Program-made: the position numbers and the translations under genes
Shown here: one piece after another, positions 1-8,500 of the stretch
Layout of the letters: each line of letters begins with the position of its first letter
How positions within the stretch are numbered: position 1 is the stretch's first letter
Notes under the pieces: generated by a model
What the model was told of the DNA's origin: nothing
Databases searched by the model: none
What the model saw: the letters and a program-made list of their open reading frames with translations, nothing else
From: Deltaproteobacteria bacterium
GTDB taxonomy: Bacteria > UBA10199 > SPLOWO2-01-44-7
NCBI GenBank assembly: GCA_016213065.1
Contig: JACRBV010000062.1
Span: 1-43,910 of the forward strand
Length of the DNA stretch: 43,910 nt
Direction: 5' to 3'

Positions 1-13
1 GAATAGGGATTTT

Positions 14-568
14 TCAACGCTTTCCGGGGAACGTGGTGAGCTCAGAATGTCCCCCGCGTTGTGTCACACAAAGTTCGTGCGTTTTGGCCACTTCATCGCA
101 GAAGCGAACACAGCGCGTACAGACAATACAGCGTTCATCATCCAGCGTTACCAACGGTCCAAGGGGTTTGACTTTCGGTTTGTGAATTTTTTGGTCTTCT
201 AAACGCGACGAAGATTTTGAATATTTAAAATAGTTGTCCTGAAGAACGCATTCGCCTGATTGATCGCAAATGGGGCAATCGAGGGGATGATTCACGAGGA
301 TAAATTCCAAAACTCCCCTCTGCATTTTTTTAACTTCGGGCGACTTCGTATCCACTTCCAGTCCTTCACGCACCTGTTCACGACAGGAAATCACGGGTTT
401 ATTTTGTCCCTTGATTTGCACCAAACACATCCGGCAATTGCCGGCGATGGAGAGTTTCGAGTGATAACAAAAATAGGGAATATCTATTTTATTGGCCTTA
501 GCCGCCTGCAAAACAGTTGTTCCCTGAGGAACATCGATTTCTTTGTCATCAATTTTTATTTTAACCAT
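14..568 (-). CDS. nuoG: NADH-quinone oxidoreductase subunit G, N-terminal Fe-S module only (184 aa, ends at in-frame TGA 11-13)
   Basis: 2Fe-2S ferredoxin-like N-terminus (CYH..CRMC..C) and the cluster motifs HPLDCPICDQSGEC and CIVCTRCVRFC. The start overlaps the nuoF stop by 8 nt. Canonical NuoG continues for several hundred more residues. Confidence 0.8.
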   Translation of the reverse strand: MVKIKIDDKEIDVPQGTTVLQAAKANKIDIPYFCYHSKLSIAGNCRMCLVQIKGQNKPVISCREQVREGLEVDTKSPEVKKMQRGVLEFILVNHPLDCPICDQSGECVLQDNYFKYSKSSSRLEDQKIHKPKVKPLGPLVTLDDERCIVCTRCVRFCDEVAKTHELCVTQRGGHSELTTFPGKR

Positions 569-1826
569 GTGGGCATTTCCCTAATCTAATGTGTTCTTCA
601 AACTCGTGACGGAATTTTTTCAAAAATCCCTGCACAGGCATTGCCATTGCATCGGCAAAAACGCAAATGGTTCTGCCGTTCACCACGTTACTGCAAACAT
701 CCTCCAGCAAATTCAAATCTCTTTCTCTTCCATTTCCCGATTCAATACGCCGGGCAATTTTGGAGATCCAACCGCTTCCCTCTCTGCAGGGAGTGCACTG
801 TCCGCACGATTCATGCGCGTAAAATTTTGTTGTGAATTGCAAAAGACGGACCATGCAGGTTGTGTCATCCATCACATAAAAACCGCCGGAACCCAAGGAT
901 GTTCCCGCCGCGGCACACGATTCAAAATCCAGATTGGTCCGCATCGCTTCCTCGTTCGTGAGCGGCGCGAATGAAGATCCACCCGGCACAACCCCTTTCA
1001 CCTTTCTGCCTTTCCAAACGCCGCCCAAATGTTCTTCCAGAAAAGTGCGAATGGGAAGCCCCATCTCCACTTCATAAACTCCGGGTTTGTTAATGTGACC
1101 CGAGGCCGACATCAGTTTGGTGCCCGCACTTTTTTCCGTCCCGATTTTTTTGAAAGCGGCGGCTCCATTATTAATAATGTAGGGAATGTTGGACAATGTT
1201 TCGACATTGTTCACAATGGTAGGACAAGCCCACGCTCCCGCAATCGCGGGAAACGGCGGTTTGATGCGCGGATAACCTCTTCCACCTTCAAGCGAAGAAA
1301 GAAGGGCGGTCTCTTCACCGCAAATATAAGCACCCGCACCGCGATGCGTAAAAATATCGAGATCAAAACCGGAGCCTAAAATATTTTTTCCGAGATAACC
1401 TTTTGCATACGCTTCTTTCAAAGCTTCTTCGAGAATTTCCCACGGACGATGGTATTCACCGCGAATATAAATAAAAGCGGTGTGAGCGCCGATGGCGAAA
1501 GAAGCGATAATCATCCCCTCAATAATCATGTGGGGATCTTTTTCGGCAATCATCCGGTCTTTAAATGTGCCGGGTTCACTCTCGTCAAAATTGTTGATGA
1601 GATAAACCGGTTTTTTATTGTCTTTGGGAATGAATCCCCACTTTATACCCGTTGCAAAACCAGCACCACCGCGACCACGAAGTCCAGAAGCCTTTACTTC
1701 TTCAATTATTTGCAGGGGTGTCATGCCAAAAACTTTCTTCAATGAAGAGTAAGCGTCATTTTTTTCGGCAACAGAAATTTTGCGTTGATCCGGCACATGC
1801 CAATTTTTAGTTAATACGTATTCCAT
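561..1826 (-). CDS. nuoF: NADH-quinone oxidoreductase subunit F (51 kDa, FMN/NADH-binding)
   Basis: GRGGAGF and GEETAL motifs, ESCGQCTPCREG 4Fe-4S motif, 421 aa, correct position in the nuo operon. Confidence 0.95.
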   Translation of the reverse strand: MEYVLTKNWHVPDQRKISVAEKNDAYSSLKKVFGMTPLQIIEEVKASGLRGRGGAGFATGIKWGFIPKDNKKPVYLINNFDESEPGTFKDRMIAEKDPHMIIEGMIIASFAIGAHTAFIYIRGEYHRPWEILEEALKEAYAKGYLGKNILGSGFDLDIFTHRGAGAYICGEETALLSSLEGGRGYPRIKPPFPAIAGAWACPTIVNNVETLSNIPYIINNGAAAFKKIGTEKSAGTKLMSASGHINKPGVYEVEMGLPIRTFLEEHLGGVWKGRKVKGVVPGGSSFAPLTNEEAMRTNLDFESCAAAGTSLGSGGFYVMDDTTCMVRLLQFTTKFYAHESCGQCTPCREGSGWISKIARRIESGNGRERDLNLLEDVCSNVVNGRTICVFADAMAMPVQGFLKKFRHEFEEHIRLGKCPHG

Positions 1827-1834
1827 ATTTCTCC

Positions 1835-1862
1835 GTCATCCTGAGCGTTAGCGAAGGATGAC
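1835..1862. repeat. Solo hairpin unit of the GTCATYC...GRATGAC repeat family
   Basis: GTCATCC-TGAGCGTTAGCGAA-GGATGAC lies in the 40-nt nuoF-nuoE spacer. It has the same termini as the units at 5246, 25864, 29735, 34259, 35741, 36086 and 40624. Confidence 0.7.
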
Positions 1863-1866
1863 AAAC

Positions 1867-2340
1867 TTATTTCAACTTTTCCAATATCTCATCGATCTTT
1901 GCCTCATTTAAATCTTCGTAGTAGTCATTGTTTATTTGCATCATCGGCGCGGTACCGCAAGAACCCAGACATTCCACGGCGGAAAGATGAAACCGTTTAT
2001 CCGCGGTGGACTCTCCTACATTCACGCCCAGTTTTTTCTTCAAGTATTGGACAACTCCTTCCGATCCGCGCAAACAACAACAGATGCTGTTGCAAACCTG
2101 AATGTGGTGTTTACCGATCGGTTTCATGTTGTACATGGTGTAGAAAGTGGCGGTCTCAAAAATATGGGCGGGAGTCAAATCCAGAAGCCCGGCCAGATAT
2201 TCCATCGACTCCGGCGAAATCCATCCCTGTTGTTCCTGCACAAGCCAAAGAGAAGGCAAAAGCGCCGCCTTCTTTTGCGGATAGCGCTTGAGATAGCCCT
2301 CAAAACGCTGTTTGTTTTCGATTGTAAACTCAAAACTCAT
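1867..2340 (-). CDS. nuoE: NADH-quinone oxidoreductase subunit E (24 kDa, 2Fe-2S)
   Basis: Thioredoxin-like 2Fe-2S pattern (CNSICC ... CLGSCGTAP), 157 aa, operon position. Confidence 0.9.
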   Translation of the reverse strand: MSFEFTIENKQRFEGYLKRYPQKKAALLPSLWLVQEQQGWISPESMEYLAGLLDLTPAHIFETATFYTMYNMKPIGKHHIQVCNSICCCLRGSEGVVQYLKKKLGVNVGESTADKRFHLSAVECLGSCGTAPMMQINNDYYEDLNEAKIDEILEKLK

Positions 2341-2360
2341 TTATACTCCTTCGCGAATCC

Positions 2361-2444
2361 AAAAATCAAAATTCAAAAATCAAAATTCAAAATTTTGAAA
2401 TTTGAATTGTCATTTTGACTTTTGATTTTTGAATTTTGCATTTT
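2361..2444. repeat. Twelve contiguous AT-rich heptamers forming two inverted arrays
   Basis: AAAAATC AAAATTC AAAAATC AAAATTC AAAATTT | TGAAATT TGAATTG TCATTTT GACTTTT GATTTTT GAATTTT GCATTTT. This is exactly 84 nt in the nuoE-nuoD spacer. The centre TTCAAAATTTTGAA is palindromic. Confidence 0.85.
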
Positions 2445-2446
2445 CT

Positions 2447-3640
2447 TCATCTATCCAATTCCCCCGCTACAATATTTAATCCACCCAAAATCGCGACGGC
2501 ATCCGCCACCAATGATCCCTTCATCAAATCGGGATAAGCCTGATAGATCGCGAAACAGGGGGGACGCACTTTGATCCGGTACGGTTTGTCTGAACCGTCA
2601 CTCACAATATAAAATCCAAGTTCTCCATTGGCCGCTTCGGTGTAGGAATAAATTTCTCCCGCGGGCGGTTTGATGCCGTGCATGATAATTTTGAATTGCC
2701 GGATGATTCCTTCAATGGATCCATAGACTTCATGTTTTGCGGGCAGAGCCACATCGCGGCGATCAGTCATGATAGGACCTTCCGGCATTTTTTCGAGCAT
2801 CTGCTCCACCATCCGCGACGATTGAATTATTTCTTCGAAGCGAACAAAGAGACGGTCATACGAATCGCCATATTTTCCAAGAGGCACATCCCAGTTGAGC
2901 TGATCGTAAAAATAATAGGGATGGGCTTTGCGAATATCATAATTTACATCGCACGCCCTGAGACACGGTCCGGTGAATCCGTAACTGATCGCATCTTCTT
3001 TCGAGATGGCGCCCACACGTTGTGTGCGATCCATAAAAATTCTGTTCTTTTTCAAAAGGCCGGTCGTGTCTTTCACCGCTTTGTAAATATCTTTCATGCA
3101 CGCACTTAAAAATGTTTTGGTGTTCGGAGGAACATCGCGCATCACACCGCCCACACGCGTGTAGGTGTTTGTTAAACGGGCGCCGCACAAGGCTTCTACC
3201 CAGTCGATCAATTTTTCGCGCGGATTAAAAAGATACCAAAAGTTGGTGAGAGCACCGATGTCGACCACATTTGTTCCGATGCAAACGCAATGATCCATGA
3301 TGCGCGAGAGTTCCGCGACAAGCATCCGAATCCAGATTGCCCTCTCCGGAATTTCGAGCGGCCACATTTTTTCCACCGCCATGCAGTAACCAACATTGTT
3401 CATCAACGGCGAAACATAGTTGAGACGGTCGGTGTAGGGAATTACTTGCGTGTAGTTTTTAACTTCGGACTCTTTTTCGAAACAGCGGTGAAGGTAACCA
3501 ATCTCCGGTGTCGCATTAACAATGGTTTCGCCGTCGAGTTCCAAAAGCACGCGCAGTGTCCCGTGCATGGTCGGGTGCGAAGGCCCCATGTTCAAGAGCA
3601 TATTATTTTCGCTCAGCGGTTTTGGAATGTCCGTTATCAT
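2447..3640 (-). CDS. nuoD: NADH-quinone oxidoreductase subunit D (49 kDa)
   Basis: N-terminal LNMGPSHPTMHGTLR and C-terminal VAGELDR signatures, 397 aa. Confidence 0.95.
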   Translation of the reverse strand: MITDIPKPLSENNMLLNMGPSHPTMHGTLRVLLELDGETIVNATPEIGYLHRCFEKESEVKNYTQVIPYTDRLNYVSPLMNNVGYCMAVEKMWPLEIPERAIWIRMLVAELSRIMDHCVCIGTNVVDIGALTNFWYLFNPREKLIDWVEALCGARLTNTYTRVGGVMRDVPPNTKTFLSACMKDIYKAVKDTTGLLKKNRIFMDRTQRVGAISKEDAISYGFTGPCLRACDVNYDIRKAHPYYFYDQLNWDVPLGKYGDSYDRLFVRFEEIIQSSRMVEQMLEKMPEGPIMTDRRDVALPAKHEVYGSIEGIIRQFKIIMHGIKPPAGEIYSYTEAANGELGFYIVSDGSDKPYRIKVRPPCFAIYQAYPDLMKGSLVADAVAILGGLNIVAGELDR

Positions 3641-3674
3641 AAGTTTAACAGTGCGCCGGTATTTTGTTTCTTAC

Positions 3675-3706
3675 TATCGTACCATCGTACGATCGTACTA
3701 TCGTAC
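3675..3706. repeat. Four tandem octamers NATCGTAC
   Basis: TATCGTAC CATCGTAC GATCGTAC TATCGTAC. Only the first base varies. The array spans the nuoD-nuoC spacer and covers the nuoC stop codon (3698-3700). Confidence 0.9.
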
Positions 3707-4183
3707 CAAAGTATCGGGTGTTGGAATTTTCGGTCGCTTGTTGACCGGGTAATCTTTTCTTAAGGGATACCCTTCAAATTCTTCAAACGTCAAAAGTCGT
3801 TTTAAATTGGGATGACCTTCAAACCGGATTCCAAACATGTCATAGGCTTCTCTCTCAAACCAGTTGGCCGCCTTATAAAGATTGCAGATGGAAGGAAGAG
3901 ACGGATTAGATTCCGGAACGCGCACTTTCAGGCGGACACGCCCTTTGGTTGACAACGAATAAAGATTATAAACAATTTCGAAGCGCAGAGGACGTTCCGG
4001 ATAATCAGCGCCGCACAAGTCCATCATGAAATTGAATTCGAGTCCTTTGGTGTCGCGCAGAAATTTGATGACATCGACAATTTTTTCTTTCGCAACAACG
4101 GCGGTTTCATTTCCCAAATAACTGGAAGTTTCCAAAATGGCGGGGCCAAAAACTTCTTTCAAACGCTCACGCGCATATTTCAT
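3698..4183 (-). CDS. nuoC: NADH-quinone oxidoreductase subunit C (30 kDa)
   Basis: [17 protein letters not shown] motif, 161 aa, operon position. Confidence 0.9.
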   Translation of the reverse strand: MKYARERLKEVFGPAILETSSYLGNETAVVAKEKIVDVIKFLRDTKGLEFNFMMDLCGADYPERPLRFEIVYNLYSLSTKGRVRLKVRVPESNPSLPSICNLYKAANWFEREAYDMFGIRFEGHPNLKRLLTFEEFEGYPLRKDYPVNKRPKIPTPDTLVR

Positions 4184-4242
4184 GGCGCGCGTAGCTAACT
4201 AAATTAAAGATGAAAATCAAGAGGGGAAATAGGGGAAGGGGA

Positions 4243-4277
4243 TATGGACTATGGACCATGGACTATAGACCATGACC
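4243..4277. repeat. Five tandem heptamers YATGGAC
   Basis: TATGGAC TATGGAC CATGGAC TATAGAC CATGACC. The array overlaps the last codons and the stop (4263-4265) of nuoB. The same unit recurs at 12235-12297 and, inverted, at 12335-12369. Confidence 0.9.
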
Positions 4278-4754
4278 CGTGGATTTGGGAGGAGTGATGG
4301 CGTCTTTTTTGATGCCTTGAAGACTGAACTGAAGTTTGACAACGGCGTCGATGAGTTGTTCGGGGCGCGGAGGACAACCGGGGATATAGACATCGACCGG
4401 AATAATTTCATCGATCCCCTGAACGACGGAATAGTTATCGTAAAAACCGCCGGAAGAAGCGCACGCTCCCATTGAAATAACCCATTTTGGTTCGCACATT
4501 TGTTCGTAGATTCTTTTTAAAATCGGCGCCTGTTTGTAATTGATCGTTCCCATCACCAACAGCAGATCAGCTTGGCGCGGGGAAAAGCGGACCAGCTCTG
4601 CACCAAAACGGGAAATATCAAAATGACTGGAGACCACTCCCATAAATTCAATCGCGCAACAGGCGGTTCCAAAAGGCATCGGCCAGAGACTGAATTTCCG
4701 CCCCCATTTCACCACTTCGTCGAGCTTTGTTACGATGATATCTCCAACGCTCAT
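4263..4754 (-). CDS. nuoB: NADH-quinone oxidoreductase subunit B (20 kDa, N2 cluster)
   Basis: [15 protein letters not shown] and IPGCPPRPE cysteine motifs, 163 aa. Confidence 0.95.
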   Translation of the reverse strand: MSVGDIIVTKLDEVVKWGRKFSLWPMPFGTACCAIEFMGVVSSHFDISRFGAELVRFSPRQADLLLVMGTINYKQAPILKRIYEQMCEPKWVISMGACASSGGFYDNYSVVQGIDEIIPVDVYIPGCPPRPEQLIDAVVKLQFSLQGIKKDAITPPKSTGHGL

Positions 4755-4757
4755 AAA

Positions 4758-5129
4758 TTATTTTTCCCATTCCAGAGCGCCGCGACGCCAGACATAAACA
4801 AGTCCCAGCGCCAAGACGCCCAAAAACACAACCATCTCTACAAAAATAAAACCTCCCAAACCTGCGGATTTAAATTGTCTAAAAAGAGAGGCCCAAGGGT
4901 AGAGAAAAACTGTTTCGATATCAAAAAGAATAAAAAGAACGGCAATCAAATAAAATTTGACGGAAAAACGCTGTCTCGGAGCACCAATCGGATCAAGACC
5001 GCATTCATACGGGGTCATTTTTTCAGGAGTGGGCTTTTTCTTTCCGGCAAAAGCAGACAAAATGACAAATCCACCCGAAAGAGCGATTCCGATACCAAAT
5101 AAAACAAGGAGTGGAAAATAAGAATCCAT
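4758..5129 (-). CDS. nuoA: NADH-quinone oxidoreductase subunit A
   Basis: Three predicted TM helices and a PYECG motif, 123 aa. First gene of the operon, ending 3 nt before the nuoB start. Confidence 0.9.
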   Translation of the reverse strand: MDSYFPLLVLFGIGIALSGGFVILSAFAGKKKPTPEKMTPYECGLDPIGAPRQRFSVKFYLIAVLFILFDIETVFLYPWASLFRQFKSAGLGGFIFVEMVVFLGVLALGLVYVWRRGALEWEK

Positions 5130-5191
5130 TGCGGGGGCTCCCTATCATAAGTGTCGGACACTTATAAAGGGTAAATTAAGGGTAAATTAAG

Positions 5192-5310
5192 GGAGTGGTG
5201 GAAAATGCTGAAATTTTCAAATTGTCATTCTGAGCCCTTCGCTTTGTCATTCTGAGCGAAGCGAATGTGTTCAGGATGACAACCATGAAAAACGCATTTT
5301 CCACCACTCC
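5192..5310. mobile_element. Full-length MITE-like element (119 bp) with terminal inverted repeats and internal GTCATTC hairpins
   Basis: Left TIR GGAGTGGTGGAAAATGC (5192-5208) and right TIR GCATTTTCCACCACTCC (5294-5310). Flanks are AATTAAG (left) and CATTAAG (right), a 6/7 match. The right 65 nt are identical to 35741-35805. Confidence 0.7.
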
Positions 5311-5534
5311 CATTAAGTGTCCGACACCTTCCCCATACACCTGACGGATTTTTGACGGCCGTCAAATTTTTGACTTTCATTTTGAGAAAATGACTTCCTT
5401 TTCACCCACCTATCAAGAATCAAAACAAGACAATGAAAAATAGATAAGTAATTTCATAGAGTTCTAATATGTTTTCTAGGGCTTAAATGGCACGAGGATT
5501 GCACTCTCACTGCACGAGAGTTTTAACTTTTTTT

Positions 5535-8500
5535 ATGATGTTACATAAAATCACAATTAGCGTTTCTCTTTTACTCCTTATCTTGGGTTGTTCCCAAGGT
5601 GATCCGGGTTCTCCCACTAGCTCTTCAACCGAAAAAAACGAGGCCGCACCCGCTGGAGGAAAGGTTGCTCAAATTCCGGAAATTGGGGGCGAATCTGCCG
5701 TTCAAGCCCCGGAAATTGGAATCCAGTCAGCACCGCCACCGGAAGAATCGATACCATCTCCAACCCCAGCGCCGGCAATTGAAGAACAGCCCACATCAAT
5801 ACCCACATCACCACAACCAACAGTTGAAGATCAACCAACTCAAGCATCCGCTCCAACTTCGACCCCAACACCAGAAACAACAACCAAAGAACAGCCCGCA
5901 TCAATACTGGTCCCATCATCCAATGTTAACCAACCTCCAAGTCTTGCCATGATCCTTGATGGAAAAGCCGTTGCTTCCGGCGCTTCTGTTTCTCTCCCTA
6001 TCGGCGGAACAAATGAACAATTTGTTATTCAGGCAAGTGATCCGGAAAAATCTATCGAAAATGTGGCTATTGTTGAAACGAATCCAAAAATAGATCCCAA
6101 TCAAATCCTCTTATCTCCCATCGGAGGAAACCAATATTTAGTTACTGTTTCCGATAAAATTGCTGTTCCAAGCGCAACAGTCACCGTGGCCGTTTCGGAT
6201 AAACCGGTCAATGGAGGCGCAGTCCAGCAATCCAAGGCAACCTTCTCGGCAAATTTTGTAAAAGCCGCACCACCTCCTCCAGTCTCACACCTCACATGCC
6301 AAAATTTTCAATGTAAACCAGCTGAGGGCGCGGGCGCCAACGAGTGCGCCACGGATGCCAGCTGTGGACATTCAACTTGTCAGAACGGTCAGTGCAAACT
6401 TGTTGCCGGTGCGGGTGCCAATGAATGCGCCACAGACGCTAATTGCGGGCATTCAGCCTGCCAGAATAATCAGTGCACACGTGTGGCAGGCGCAGGAGCT
6501 GATCAATGCAAAACCAATGACGAGTGCGCTCCAAAGATTGGGAAGGCGCTCAAGTTTGATGGTTATAATGACTATGTCAATGTGAACCCCACCCCTCAAC
6601 TTTCTCCGCAAGATGCCATCACGGTCATGGCATGGGTAAAAAAAGACAAACAAGACAAACCGACAGATGTAGACAATGCACACTTTGTCCGAAAAGGGAG
6701 TGAATACACACTCGACACGAGCGATAACGGCGCTATTTTGCGGTTTACCGTCAACGGACAATGGGGACTTGGATTAGCCCCTTATCCCAACGACGGGGAA
6801 TGGCATCATGTTGCCGGAACTTATGATAAAAATGCGGGAAAAATAAGAACCTATATCGACGGCATACAGCTTAAAGAATCTCCCTATGCCACATCCATAA
6901 CACCCTCACCACAACCACTCCGAATCGGTGCCAGAAATGATCTCTATACACAAAACATGAAGGGCTTGATTGACGAAGTCTGTATTTACAACCGCGCTCT
7001 CGCCACGGATGAAATCAAAAACATCAAACAAAGTGGGTGTACTGCAAATATGAATGGCATTGTCGGCTACTGGCCTTTTGACGAGGGAGAAGGAAATATC
7101 GTGATGGACTACTCCAATCCGGATGAAGCCTACCCCGGACAAACCGCATTTCTTCTGAATGAAAATTATGGCTCAAAGTTTGTCGTTAATCCCACAGATA
7201 AAAATGTCGGCAAAACATACAAGACATGGGACGAAATTCAGCAGGGTCTGAAAGACAATGACACGCAAACGGCAGGCCCTGTTTGGGCGGAAGGCATACT
7301 TCCGGAGAACACAAAATTCCTCGCCAAACGCCAAGCCGCTAAAGATGCAGGTTCTCAATCACCGGGTCTTTCCCTCAATGGTCTCAATGAATATCTTGTC
7401 GTGGCGCCACCCGACAAGCGTTATGTCAGCGATCTCTACACTCTCACACTGGGAAACTTCTCCGTTTGTGGATGGTTCAAGGCAAAAGATCGGATTGCAG
7501 GTGTAATCGGCAACGGCATCAACGAAGGCGGTTCTTTTGTGATGCATATTGCCGGCTACGGCATGGCTTCCAGATCACTCCGCATGCGTATTATCTATAG
7601 TGGTGGTTCAACAGAGGTCAACGCCTATCTTCCAGATAACAACTTCTGGCATTTTGGTTGTGGTGTGGTAGATGACAAAAACGTTTCCATTTATCTCGAC
7701 AGTGAAATAGGGAGTTCAGCCCTGTTCAAGGGCACCAAAACAAAATTTGATGGCAATATTTTTATCGGAACCACTCGGTACCTTACCAGCGATCCCAAAT
7801 ACTGTTTCAATCCCCAAGACTCTAAAGACCTCTCAAAGATTGACACTGAAGGTTGTTCTGCCTTTATGAGGGGCGGCCTCAAAGACATCCAAATTTTTAA
7901 ACGCGCACTTACCCCCGCCGAAATCCGGGAACAATATAATTTCAGCTTTGGAAAACCGGCCGACCCGGGAAAAGACAAAGACCTCATCGCTTATTGGAAA
8001 TTCAATGAAGAAAAAGGTGTTACAAAAATCGCCGATGCTTCAACCTATCGCAATGATGCACTGTTAACGGAAGGTTCCACAGGTCCCAAATGGGGCAATG
8101 GAATCTTGGGTGGGGGAATAGAATTGGACGGAATTAATGATTTTATTGCGCTGGGAACTTCACCAACACTCAACATGGCCGACAAAAATTTTTCCATTTG
8201 CACTTGGCTCAAAACAGCAGACACAACAAAATCGATACAAGATATTTTTAGCAACAGTATGGTGTCAAACACCCCGGGCACCTATCGCTTTAGTGTCAGG
8301 GGTGGCAAAATGGGGGGCGATATAGTTTATGGCAACAGTCAAAATGCCGTCAGTAGCAATAAAATTGTAAATGATAACCAATGGCACTTTGGGTGTCAGG
8401 TTGTCGACGACGTCAATAACAACATCTATGTCGATGGCGTCTTAGAAAAATCACAAGCCTTGAGCGGAACAAAAACAAAAGTTCTTGGCTCAACAGGCGT

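Noticed and set aside
11-13. The possibility that TGA is recoded (genetic code 4 or 25), allowing nuoG to read through.
   Set aside because: Several well-conserved genes end at TGA at their expected lengths: the AI-2E transporter at 9898, nuoD at 2447, PolX at 15847 and the LamG protein at 8775. TGA therefore functions as a stop in this organism.
2361-4277. Whether the short tandem arrays at 2361, 3675 and 4243 (and at 12235) could be a CRISPR array.
   Set aside because: The units are 7-8 nt and directly contiguous, with no spacers. There are no cas genes. This is not CRISPR architecture.
260-5102. Many 60-175 aa ORFs on the + strand across the nuo operon (for example 260-589, 591-974, 1029-1379, 1936-2418, 2678-3109, 3290-3763 and 4572-5102).
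   Set aside because: These are shadow ORFs antisense to strongly conserved nuo genes. Their composition is skewed and they show no motifs.
5599-5952. Alternative-frame ORFs within the P/T-rich linker of the LamG lipoprotein (5599-5952 on +, 5617-5919 on -).
   Set aside because: They are low-complexity translations of a biased coding region, and the main frame carries the signal peptide and the domains.
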